Notes under the pieces: model-generated
Seen by the model: only the letters and a program-made list of their open reading frames with translations
Databases searched by the model: none
Told to the model about the DNA's origin: nothing
Made by a program: the position numbers and the translations under genes
DNA from: an uncultured Alphaproteobacteria bacterium
GTDB taxonomy: Bacteria; Pseudomonadota; Alphaproteobacteria; ATCC43930; CGMCC-115725
Assembly (NCBI GenBank): GCA_963797115.1
Contig: CAWCOH010000001.1
Location: 2,251,426-2,283,425, forward strand
Reading direction: 5' to 3'
Length of the DNA stretch: 32,000 nt
In this document: positions 9,702 through 18,951 of the stretch, one piece after another
How the letters are laid out: each line of letters opens with the position of its first letter
Numbering within the stretch: the first letter of the stretch is position 1

Positions 9702-10757
9702 ATGACATATATCGCCAAGCCCCGGCTGCATCACCCGAAGCTCCCGATCAATGCGCTCGGCTATACCCGGCGCGATTACGAGGGGGCGGTGTCGACCTTG
9801 TGCGCCGGGTGCGGTCACAACTCGATCAGTGCGGCGATCATCCAGGCCTGCTTCGAGCTCGACCTCGAGCCGCACAAGATCGCCAAGCTTTCCGGCATCG
9901 GCTGCTCTTCGAAGACGCCGACCTACTTCCTCGGCAAATCGCACGGCTTCAACAGCGTGCACGGCCGCATGCCGTCGGTCCTGACCGGCGCCAACCTCGC
10001 CAATCGCGATCTCATCTACCTCGGTATTTCCGGCGATGGCGATTCCGCGTCGATCGGGCTCGGCCAGTTCGCGCACTGCATCCGCCGCGCCGTCAACATG
10101 GTCTATATCGTCGAGAACAACGGTGTTTACGGCCTGACCAAGGGACAATTCTCGGCGACCGCCGACAAGGGCTCGAAGGCCCGGCGTGGTGCGGTCAACA
10201 CCAATTCACCAATCGACCTAGTCGCGCTGGCGCTACAGCTCGGCGCATCGTTCGTGGCGCGCAGCTTCTCCGGCGACAAGGCGCAGCTGGTGCCGCTGAT
10301 CAAGGCGGCGATCGAGCACAAGGGGGCGGCCTTCATCGACGTCGTATCGCCCTGTGTGGCCTTCAACAACAACCCGGAATCGACCAAGAGCTTCGATTAT
10401 GTCCGCGCCCACAACGAGGCGGTCAATATGCTCGATGTCATGGTCGACCGCGACGAGATCACCGCCGACTACGCGCCCGGCACAGTCGAGACCGTGGTCC
10501 AGCACGATGGTTCCGTGTTGCGGCTTGGAAAGCTTGCTGTCGATTACGACCCCTGTGACCGGATCTCGGCGCTGACCTATCTCCAGCAGCGCCACGCGGC
10601 AGGCGAGGTCGTCACCGGTCTCTTGTTTGTCGAGCCCGACCCTGGCGACATGCACGAGTTCCTCGAGACCATCGAGACCCCGCTCAACGCGCTCGGCGAG
10701 GCCGAGCTCTGCCCCGGCCCGGAAATCCTCGCCCGCTTCAACGCCGCTCATCGCTAG
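9702..10757 (+). CDS. korB: 2-oxoacid (2-oxoglutarate):ferredoxin oxidoreductase subunit beta (ThDP-binding)
   Basis: 351 aa. Motifs TLCAGCGHNSI, GIGCSSK, ISGDGDSASIGLGQF (ThDP GDG motif) and VENNGVYGLTKGQ. AGGA lies 4-5 nt before the ATG, and the gene starts 15 nt after the korA stop. Confidence 0.9.
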   Translation: MTYIAKPRLHHPKLPINALGYTRRDYEGAVSTLCAGCGHNSISAAIIQACFELDLEPHKIAKLSGIGCSSKTPTYFLGKSHGFNSVHGRMPSVLTGANLANRDLIYLGISGDGDSASIGLGQFAHCIRRAVNMVYIVENNGVYGLTKGQFSATADKGSKARRGAVNTNSPIDLVALALQLGASFVARSFSGDKAQLVPLIKAAIEHKGAAFIDVVSPCVAFNNNPESTKSFDYVRAHNEAVNMLDVMVDRDEITADYAPGTVETVVQHDGSVLRLGKLAVDYDPCDRISALTYLQQRHAAGEVVTGLLFVEPDPGDMHEFLETIETPLNALGEAELCPGPEILARFNAAHR

Positions 10758-10769
10758 CCCTTGGCGCGC

Positions 10770-10791
10770 TTTCCCCTGCCAGCAGGGGAAA
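10770..10791 (+). terminator. hairpin just after korB stop (possible operon terminator, non-canonical)
   Basis: TTTCCCCTGC-CA-GCAGGGGAAA begins 13 nt after the korB stop codon. There is no clear T-run downstream, so it is only a possible terminator. Confidence 0.4.
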
Positions 10792-11204
10792 TCTGCATCG
10801 AAGCCCGGCTCATCGTCGAAAACATATCGTTCATCAGTTACTACGCTCCGTATTGGAAGCGTAGTTGACGCCCTGGCAGGGGAATTTTGACAAGCTCCTG
10901 ACGCCTCGATCAGGGAGGCGAGATTGATCATCATGTTGCTATTCCAAGGTACGAGTCGACAGCGACACGCCGCATTATTGCGGGTATGACGTTGTCATTA
11001 TAGCAACAATATACAGCTGTCAAGACCGGAGTCTAATTGCTGCCTTTCTGGTTCATCGTCCATCAGCATTTCCATCGCCTGATCGACCGAGACGCTGCCT
11101 GGTTTCTGGCGCGGCAAAGTCCCCCGGGTCGCACGATCGACACAGGATCTTGGCTCTGAGGGCCGCGCTACGTAGGGTTGTACGCTGGCGCTCCTGATGG
11201 CGCG

Positions 11205-11996
11205 TCAGAAACGAAAGGTGCCGGCGAGGATCGGTCCCCTCATATGGACGTCGAAGCCCAAATCTCTGCCGCCGCTAGCTTGGTAATTGAAGTTGAGGCT
11301 GCGATAGCCGAGGTGCAAGTTCCACGACGGGCTGAGTGCATAGTCGACCGTGCCGATGACCTGCCAATCAACATGGGCACCGATCCCAAAACCGCCGACA
11401 TCCCCATAGGCAGTCAGACCAAAGCCGTTGCCGATCTCTCGGTGGTAGCGCCCGCCGATGAGCGGATCGGTCCAGCCCGCTGAGCGGTCTACGGACCTTG
11501 CGGCGAGCAGCCCAGCGTTCAGGTTCAGATCCATCGAGAACCCCCAGGCGCGAAACCCCGCACCGACATCCGCAAATTGCACAGGGTCCTCGAGCGCACG
11601 GTAGAGAATGACCCCGGTGCCGGTATTCGCCCGCAGCTTGGCATTGCCGCCCTGAAAAAGGACGTTGCGGGTGGTGATGTCGGTGCTCACGGGCAGGTGA
11701 ATGACGTCGCCGAGGAAGCCGAATTGCCCATAACGAACCTCCACCGATCCCATGACCGGAACCCCGTCGAGATGCGACAAGAGGTCGATGGTGCTGACGT
11801 TGGAATTAACATCGGGCACACGCGCAAGCGGCGTCTTCGTGGTCGAGTGGACGCTCGATAACCACAGATAGGGGGTTACGTAGAACTGGTATCCGCCTGG
11901 GGAGGATACGTCCTGTGCCGAGGCCGCATGCAGCCCGCACGCTATTGCGGTAATGCTCGCAAAGACTGCGATGACCAGTTTGCAGATTTGCCGCAT
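11205..11996 (-). CDS. outer-membrane beta-barrel protein (secreted, C-terminal Phe)
   Basis: The ATG at 11996 (GAGGAG upstream) gives the signal peptide MRQICKLVIAVFASITAIACGLHAASA/QD. The body has alternating Gly/aromatic beta-strand repeats and ends ...ILAGTFRF. The track's TTG start at 12056 is probably too long. Confidence 0.7.
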   Translation of the reverse strand: MRQICKLVIAVFASITAIACGLHAASAQDVSSPGGYQFYVTPYLWLSSVHSTTKTPLARVPDVNSNVSTIDLLSHLDGVPVMGSVEVRYGQFGFLGDVIHLPVSTDITTRNVLFQGGNAKLRANTGTGVILYRALEDPVQFADVGAGFRAWGFSMDLNLNAGLLAARSVDRSAGWTDPLIGGRYHREIGNGFGLTAYGDVGGFGIGAHVDWQVIGTVDYALSPSWNLHLGYRSLNFNYQASGGRDLGFDVHMRGPILAGTFRF

Positions 11997-12052
11997 CTTT
12001 GGCTTCTCCTCTCGCATCAAGATCGGCACCCGCCCAATGGGAAACTGAAAGG

Positions 12053-13309
12053 TCAATGTGAGCTTGTCGCATCGAATACGATCTGGTCATATTCCCAGAG
12101 CCGCTCGATAAACCTGCGGGCTTGCTCATCGCCATTCGCTCCCGCGACGTCCCGAAGGATCTCGGTGATGGAGCGTTCGCCGTCGATTGCGGCGTAGATT
12201 CGCTGTTGTGCCGCATCGATGGGGAGGGCAAGGTCGGGGTAGGTGTGGGCACGGTTGATCAGCACGGCCACGAAGCCGGGCGGCGCCCGGTCGCGGACGC
12301 ACAGGGTCCACGGCAGATGCAGAGGAACGTATTCCCGCCAAGCATCGCCATCGAAGGTGATCGGCTGGATCCCGCCCGGGCGATCGTGGCGATAGGCGAT
12401 GAAGTTGTGTTTGGCCATGGTCCCCCGCAGCAGCTCGACCGCGGCGTGTTGTAATGGCGGCGCAAGCGAGGCGAGACGCGCGGCGTGTGGCAAGCTCGCT
12501 ATCGCCCCGCATTGCGGGAGATAGGGAGCCTGCTCGAACCAACGCCCGAAGGATAGGCCGCCACGCTTCAACCAGTCATAGAGCTGCGGCACGGTATAGG
12601 CGCGGTCTTGGGGGTGGAGCAGCGCATCGGCGAGCGCATCCGGATTTCTGAAGTCCTTCGCCCGCCTCGACACACCGGCGATCGGATGGTCGGCAGACAG
12701 CGCACCGATCGTCGTGCCAAGCTCCAGCAACTCCGCCTCAGTGGCGCCAATCCCGAGCAGGCGGCAGTACTCCTGCATCATGTAAATGCCGGCTCGGCCA
12801 TATGGCGCATAGACCATCAGGTGCATCGCGCCCTGGCGCGCGAGGACATCGCGCAGCGATCGAAGGCCGATATCCGGGTCGGGCAAGTGGTGGAGCACGC
12901 CGGTGCAGACGATCTGATCGAAGATCCGGCCGAGTTCCCCGACCTGCTCGATCGCCAGCCGATGGAGGTCGAGGTTTCGCAAACGATATTTTTGCAGAAG
13001 ATCGAGCGTATGACGCAGGCTGGTTTCGCTGATATCGATTGCCGTGACCCGAGCGTCAGGCTCGCGCAGCGCATAAGTGGCAGCCTGGGATGTTCCACAG
13101 CCGGCAACCAGGATCTCTCGATTTGCCCGCTGTTTCTCCGTCGGCCATAGCAGCAGGGACAGTGCCCGGCGCCGATCCGGGTTTCGATAGAGCTCGCGAT
13201 GCCGATCGAGGTTGCCGATCGGCGCCGGATATGGATGGCTCTCGTAAAAAGCGCGCACCTCGTCGGCTCGATCGATGGGCGATTGTGTTCTTGTCTCTCG
13301 CGCAACCAT
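12053..13309 (-). CDS. class I SAM-dependent methyltransferase with a ~200-aa C-terminal extension of unknown function
   Basis: 418 aa. FYESHPYPAP N-terminus, SAM motif I ILVAGCGTSQA, VTAIDIS, IVCTGVLHHLPDP. It starts 20 nt after the DUF1622 stop. Confidence 0.8.
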   Translation of the reverse strand: MVARETRTQSPIDRADEVRAFYESHPYPAPIGNLDRHRELYRNPDRRRALSLLLWPTEKQRANREILVAGCGTSQAATYALREPDARVTAIDISETSLRHTLDLLQKYRLRNLDLHRLAIEQVGELGRIFDQIVCTGVLHHLPDPDIGLRSLRDVLARQGAMHLMVYAPYGRAGIYMMQEYCRLLGIGATEAELLELGTTIGALSADHPIAGVSRRAKDFRNPDALADALLHPQDRAYTVPQLYDWLKRGGLSFGRWFEQAPYLPQCGAIASLPHAARLASLAPPLQHAAVELLRGTMAKHNFIAYRHDRPGGIQPITFDGDAWREYVPLHLPWTLCVRDRAPPGFVAVLINRAHTYPDLALPIDAAQQRIYAAIDGERSITEILRDVAGANGDEQARRFIERLWEYDQIVFDATSSH

Positions 13310-13329
13310 GTTTTGTCCGTTCGCGTGCC

Positions 13330-13674
13330 TTAGCGCGGATCAGTGCCTTCCCCAAGCTCGGCCAAGTCCCGCTCGAGGAAATAGTTCAGAAAGGTTCTTA
13401 TCACCGCGATCGCCCCCAGCTGTCCGACCTCCTGCCAGCTTGGCGCAATCGATGTCTCGATGATGTCGGCCGCGAGCTGAAATGTGAGGCCGGCGACGAG
13501 CCAGCGCCCGTAGCGCACCAAGATCTCTCGGAACCGGCGATGTGCCGGGGCGGGAAACGCCGCCCATAGCCCGGTAAAAAAGGCCTCGGCGGTTCCGATG
13601 GCGACAATGATCAACGCCATCGCATCGATGATGACGACAATTTCTTTAGTGACGAGATGCAGCCATTCTTCCAT
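13330..13674 (-). CDS. DUF1622 family small membrane protein
   Basis: The internal ATG at 13674 has GGAGGAG with a 6-nt spacer. Product: MEEWLHLVTKEIVVIIDAMALIIVAIGTAEAFF...RWLVAGLTFQLAADIIETSI. The upstream part of the track ORF overlaps the sulfatase 3' end and is not protein-like. Confidence 0.7.
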   Translation of the reverse strand: MEEWLHLVTKEIVVIIDAMALIIVAIGTAEAFFTGLWAAFPAPAHRRFREILVRYGRWLVAGLTFQLAADIIETSIAPSWQEVGQLGAIAVIRTFLNYFLERDLAELGEGTDPR

Positions 13675-13750
13675 CGGCCGCTCCTCCAGCCCCGAGTTGG
13701 GCGTCCGCCGGAGGTACCCGCGCGGCCGCCCTCTCTCCGGTTGGCCCGGG

Positions 13751-15298
13751 TCAGGAGTGGGTGGGCTCCTGCATCTTGCGGAGCACCTCGTCGAGGTTGA
13801 AGCTGGCGGCCTTCTGGCGCTGCGGATATTCCCGGAAGGTCTGCAGGAATTCCCCGACAAAGGCCTGCGCCGGCACCAGCATGTAGGCGTGGCCGATCAT
13901 CCAATCCCAATAGGTGTTCGAGGTGATGTCGGCCTTCTCAAACGGGTCGGTGCGGAGATTGAAGATCTTCGGCACGCGCAGGTTGGTGAACGGCTCGGCC
14001 CACAGCTCCAACGTGCCGGGCGACCGCTGCTCCGAGAATACCAGCTTAAAATTGTCGTAGCGCAATGCGACGAGCTGCTGGTCGTCATTGCAGTAGAGGA
14101 ACCACTCGCGCGGGCTCTTCTCGACCTCGCCCGTCAGGTACGGCACCAGGTTGAAGCCGTCGAGATGGACCTTGTAGATCATGTCGCCGATCGTATGGCC
14201 CTTCAACAGCTTATCCTTGACCTCGGGATCACCGGCCATGGCGACAAATGTCGGCAGCCAGTCGTGATGCGCGACGATCTGGTTCGACACGGTGCCGGGC
14301 TTGATCTTGCCCGGCCAGCGGACCAGGCACGGCAGCCGATAGGCGCCTTCCCAGTTGGTGTTCTTTTCGCTGCGGAACGGCGTCATCGCACCGTCGGGCC
14401 AGGAATTCATGTGGGGGCCGTTGTCGGTGCCGTACATGACGAAAGTGTTGTTGGCTATGCCGGCATCGTCGAGCGCTTTCAGCACCTGGCCGACATTCTT
14501 GTCGTGATCGATCATCGTGTCGTGGTATTCGCTCTGCCAGCGGCCCGCCTGCCCCCGGCTCTCCGGCTTCACATGCGTGCGGAAATGCATATGCGTGAAG
14601 TTGACCCACAGAAAGAACGGTTGGCCGGCCTGGGCCTGCCGCTTGATGTATTCCTCGGCGCGGCCGGCGACGTCGTCGTCGATCGTTTCCATCCGCTTCG
14701 TGGTCAGCGGGCCGGTGTCGCGGATGGTCTGCTTGCCGACCCTGCCGAAACGCGGGTCGACCGTCGCGTCATCGCTGCCGGTAGCCTTGCAGTCCATGAC
14801 GCCGCGCGGACCGAACCTTTCGCGGAAGTGCGGAAAATCCCGTGGGTTCGGATAATCCGGCAGCTCCGGCTCTTCCTCGGCATTGAGGTGATAGAGATTG
14901 CCGTAGAACTCGTCAAAACCGTGCACCGTCGGCAGGTATTCGTTGCGGTCGCCGAGATGGTTCTTGCCGAACTGCGCCGTCGCATAGCCCAAGGGCTTCA
15001 GCAGTTCGGCGATCGTCGGGTCTTCTTTGGCCAGGCCGACCGTGGCCGCCGGGAATCCGACCTTGGTCAACCCGGTGCGCAAGCCGTGCTGACCGGTGAG
15101 GAACGATGCCCGCCCGGCCGTACAGCTCTGTTCGCCGTAGTAATCGGTGAAACGCATGCCTTCATTGGCGATGCGGTCGATATTCGGCGTCTGGTAGCCC
15201 ATCAGCCCGTGGGTGTAGCAGCTCAAATTGGCGATGCCGATGTCGTCGCCCCAGATCACGACGATGTTTGGCTTGGCTGCTGTTCTGGATCTAGCCAT
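13751..15298 (-). CDS. arylsulfatase (formylglycine-dependent, Cys-type), no signal peptide
   Basis: 515 aa. PNIVVIWGDDIG, FGly motif SCTAGRASFLTG (C-x-A-x-R), FGKNHLGD, GTDNGP. GGAG lies 6 nt before the ATG. The N-terminus MARSRTAAKPNIV has no hydrophobic leader. Confidence 0.9.
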   Translation of the reverse strand: MARSRTAAKPNIVVIWGDDIGIANLSCYTHGLMGYQTPNIDRIANEGMRFTDYYGEQSCTAGRASFLTGQHGLRTGLTKVGFPAATVGLAKEDPTIAELLKPLGYATAQFGKNHLGDRNEYLPTVHGFDEFYGNLYHLNAEEEPELPDYPNPRDFPHFRERFGPRGVMDCKATGSDDATVDPRFGRVGKQTIRDTGPLTTKRMETIDDDVAGRAEEYIKRQAQAGQPFFLWVNFTHMHFRTHVKPESRGQAGRWQSEYHDTMIDHDKNVGQVLKALDDAGIANNTFVMYGTDNGPHMNSWPDGAMTPFRSEKNTNWEGAYRLPCLVRWPGKIKPGTVSNQIVAHHDWLPTFVAMAGDPEVKDKLLKGHTIGDMIYKVHLDGFNLVPYLTGEVEKSPREWFLYCNDDQQLVALRYDNFKLVFSEQRSPGTLELWAEPFTNLRVPKIFNLRTDPFEKADITSNTYWDWMIGHAYMLVPAQAFVGEFLQTFREYPQRQKAASFNLDEVLRKMQEPTHS

Positions 15299-15404
15299 CT
15301 CGATCTCCTTTCGTTGGTCGGGTGGTGTCGAAAGTGCTCATTGGTCTAGGTTGCTTGGCCGTGGAGCCAATGGTGCGAACCTAACGCTTGGTACCCCGCC
15401 CTTT

Positions 15405-15525
15405 CCTTTCGTCATGCCCGCGAAAGCGGGCACCCAGAGCTTGCCCTGGCTTGAACAGGGGGGCAACCGATGCTGTGCCTGAGGCCCTGGGCCCCCGCTT
15501 TCGCGGGGGCGACGGTGAAGAGAAG
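15405..15525. repeat. REP/BIME- or MITE-like element: two inverted ~35-bp units, each with a GCGAAAGC-centred hairpin
   Basis: The left unit is GTCATGCCCGCGAAAGCGGGCACCCAGAGC (about 15410-15439). The right unit read in reverse complement is GTCGCCCCCGCGAAAGCGGGGGCCCAGGGC (about 15484-15513). About 45 bp separates them. The element lies between the DUF202 stop and the sulfatase start. Confidence 0.6.
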
Positions 15526-15554
15526 GTAAGAACTCATCTGTCTCGTTCGCACCA

Positions 15555-15998
15555 CTAGGTGAGGCGGAACAACACGGCAAAAAAGGCGAACAGGCCGATG
15601 CCGATGAGGAGGATGGCGACCGCAATAACCGGCGATTGCGTTCCCTCCTTTGTCATTCCGGCGATCGGCGCGAACGATCCGCCCCACAGATAGCGAACCG
15701 TCCAGAGGTACTGCCAAAGCGAAATGACGAGCGCCAGGATGCCGCACGAGATCAGCGCGAGCCCCAAATATTCCGGCGCGGTTGGAAGATAGGCTTGGCG
15801 GGCTCCCGGGATTTCTTGCAAGTGGTTGAAGTACTGGACGATCGCGAAGCCGAAACCGATCAGCGCCACGGCGGTGCGCTGCCACGACATCATCGTGCGC
15901 TCGACGCTGAGTTGGGTGCGAATCCAGCCGAAATGGCTGTCTGCCGTTGCCCTTACTTCGAACCTGCCCGTGCTTGCGGCGGTGCGTGGATCTGACAT
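15555..15998 (-). CDS. DUF202 (YidH-like) inner-membrane protein
   Basis: 147 aa. WIRTQLSVERTMMSWQRTAVALIGFGFAI is the DUF202 signature (ERT..W.RT), followed by two more TM helices. Confidence 0.75.
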   Translation of the reverse strand: MSDPRTAASTGRFEVRATADSHFGWIRTQLSVERTMMSWQRTAVALIGFGFAIVQYFNHLQEIPGARQAYLPTAPEYLGLALISCGILALVISLWQYLWTVRYLWGGSFAPIAGMTKEGTQSPVIAVAILLIGIGLFAFFAVLFRLT

Positions 15999-16036
15999 GC
16001 CCGGTGCCCTTTTACCGATGGCTCAAATCGGTGGTC

Positions 16037-16540
16037 TCACGAGGTTTGATGCGGGGATGCGCGGCGCCACCGGCGAGCGATGCGCGCGGCCGGCCCGCGG
16101 ATGATCACATACGGGATAAACGCAAACAGCAGTGCGACGATGACTGCTTCGGCCGGATAGAACCGCTGTAGCACGAAAATCTGGTAGATCGCATCCATCG
16201 CAAGCCCGAGAAGGATGATCCTGGCCGTCGCGTTCAACCCTTCATTCAGCCGCTGAGCGCGCTCGCCCGGGTTGCCCAGCATCGTCCAAAAGTAGGGTGA
16301 GCGGCCGGTCCGCGCGTCGTTGAGACCATGGCGAATCGCGACGATGGCCGCCATCAACGGCTGCAGAATAAAGCGGAATCTCATCGGCGCGTCCGGCCGC
16401 TCGATGAGATCGTGCCAAATGCGCCTGAAGGTAGGGATCGAAACGCCGTGCCAGACGATACCGGCAACGATCAGCGTAAGGATGGCCGCAATGATCAGTT
16501 TCGCCAGGCGGCTCAGTTTCTGTGGTTCAGCATCGGTCAT
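16037..16540 (-). CDS. hypothetical 4-TM membrane protein (167 aa)
   Basis: The ATG at 16540 lies 2 nt after the FGE stop (16543). Four hydrophobic helices: LAKLIIAAILTLIVAGIVW, FILQPLMAAIVAI, IILLGLAMDAIYQIFVL, AVIVALLFAFIPYVII. The upstream part of the track ORF overlaps the FGE gene. Confidence 0.6.
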   Translation of the reverse strand: MTDAEPQKLSRLAKLIIAAILTLIVAGIVWHGVSIPTFRRIWHDLIERPDAPMRFRFILQPLMAAIVAIRHGLNDARTGRSPYFWTMLGNPGERAQRLNEGLNATARIILLGLAMDAIYQIFVLQRFYPAEAVIVALLFAFIPYVIIRGPAARIARRWRRASPHQTS

Positions 16541-16542
16541 GG

Positions 16543-17520
<978 letters not shown>

Positions 17521-17686
17521 CGCGTTCTACTCCAAGTGGAGCCGGATCGGCGCAGCGGTAGTGGAGTTGCCGCGCCGGGCCGATCTGCGGCGAACGCACC
17601 GGCTTGGCCATGCCGAAGAGGATGGCGACGCCCTGGCCGCCACGACAATCGCCGGCATCAGCTTCAGTCGCATGTTCGACCTCCCT

Positions 17687-18722
17687 CTACGAGCCACCGT
17701 CAAAGGCGAAGATACGCTTCCAATCATTCTTCATGCTGATGACGACCCAGCGCTGTTTGATTGCCTCGTCGTAGAGGGCCTGAGTGAAGGTGCCGACCTT
17801 GGTGTCCGGCAGCCCGAGCGCAGGACCGTATGCGTATTCGCGGGTCGCATCGTCGTGCAATACGAGCATCGCCAGCCGCGTGTCGTCGCCGCCCCTTGTG
17901 TACTCCAGCATCTGCCGGTTCGCCGGTCGAGTTGCCGAACGCAGCGTAAGGCCGGCGCCCGATCATCAGGTGGATGCCTTCCGGCTTGCCGGCGTTGTTG
18001 TCGTTCAGGAGCAGCTTTGGCTCCTTCGTCAGAAACGGCCGGCCGTTCTTGTCATAGCCGTAGCGTGTACCGCCGGCCGTGCCGACGACCTGCTCGGGCG
18101 GGATGCCGTACACCTGCTCGGAGTATACCCGCACAAAATCGTGGCCACCGCCGGTGACGATGTAGGTCTTGTAACCATTGGCGCGCAAATACTTCAGCAG
18201 CTCGGTCATCGGCAGGTAAGTCAGTTCGGTGTAGGGCCGCTTCCAGCGCTGGTCCCGGGCCGTGTCGAGCCACCTCTTGGCTTCCGCTTTGAAATCTTCG
18301 ATACTCATCCCGGTAAGCGTGGCGGCGAGGATCTTGAACAGATCGTCCATAGAGAGCTTGGCCATCGCCCCCCGGTTGCCCGACAACACGGTCTTGAACG
18401 GCTCGACCTTCGCGAACTTGGGCTTCTGCTTCACGACCGCCGGCACCCGGTCCAGGCAATAAAGCACCTGCGTGTACATCGGGTGCTCGACCCACAGCGT
18501 TCCATCCTGGTCGAAGGTGGCAATGCGATCCGCCGGGGACACAAACTGTGAGCTCGACTGATCAGCGGTTGCGTGAACGAACTCGACGATCGCCTGCTTG
18601 GCGGGACCCTCGTTCCACGAGGGCAGCGCATCAGTCTGCGCGAACGCCGGCGCCGGCGCTCCCGAGGCCAAGCAAAACGCGGCCGCAAATAGACAACCCC
18701 ATAGCAGGCGGGGATTGGTCAT
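17687..18722 (-). pseudogene. secreted HAD-superfamily hydrolase (HAD-IB/phosphatase-like), 1-nt frameshift
   Basis: Signal peptide MTNPRLLWGCLFAAAFCLASGAPAPAFA/Q, then motif I ATFDQDGTLW and IVTGGG. ORF 17724..18722 ends in ...AAFGNSTG and then turns to nonsense. ORF 17687..17911 continues as MLEYTRGGDDTRLAMLVLHDD.... Removing one A from GGC GAA CCG (TT at 17919-17920 on the + strand) restores FGNSTGDRQMLEY (HAD motif IV). Confidence 0.75.
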
Positions 18723-18951
18723 TTAGCTGTCTCCGCTTGGTCAAAGCGGCCCTTGAGAAGGGTTTGAGAATTTGGCGGGCACCCCGGTAGAGAGGTGCCC
18801 GCGCTGTCAATTACTCAATCCAGCAAGCCTTGCCGGCGGCGCCTCTAGCTACTTTCCGGCGCAAAAAGCACGTTTGGGACGACCGTGCAACGAAGCTGGG
18901 CACGCGGACCCGCCGGCAGGTTGCCGCCGGCAGGGTGTGAAGTGAGTGGGA

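Noticed and set aside
10930-11200. AT-richer intergenic stretch after korB with an 8-bp inverted repeat (GTTGCTAT...ATAGCAAC) and a short minus-strand reading ...SVSVDQAMEMLMDDEPERQQ.... Considered as an antitoxin-like gene fragment or sRNA.
   Set aside because: The ORF is below 60 codons with no start or SD that I could find, and the repeat arms are short. Evidence is insufficient.
18775-18802. GC-rich hairpin GCGGGCACC-N10-GGTGCCCGC upstream of the HAD gene. Considered as a terminator.
   Set aside because: No T-run on either strand and no intact upstream gene that it would terminate. It may be a relic of the disrupted element.
18910-18934. Direct repeat CCGCCGGCAGG-TTG-CCGCCGGCAGG next to the IS5-like end, and a similar GCCGCCGGCA at about 20550. 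Considered as a target duplication or att-like site.
   Set aside because: The 20550 copy lies inside the coding frame of the DUF6788-like ORF, the spacing does not fit an IS5-type 3-4 bp duplication, and such GC-rich decamers recur by chance in this composition.
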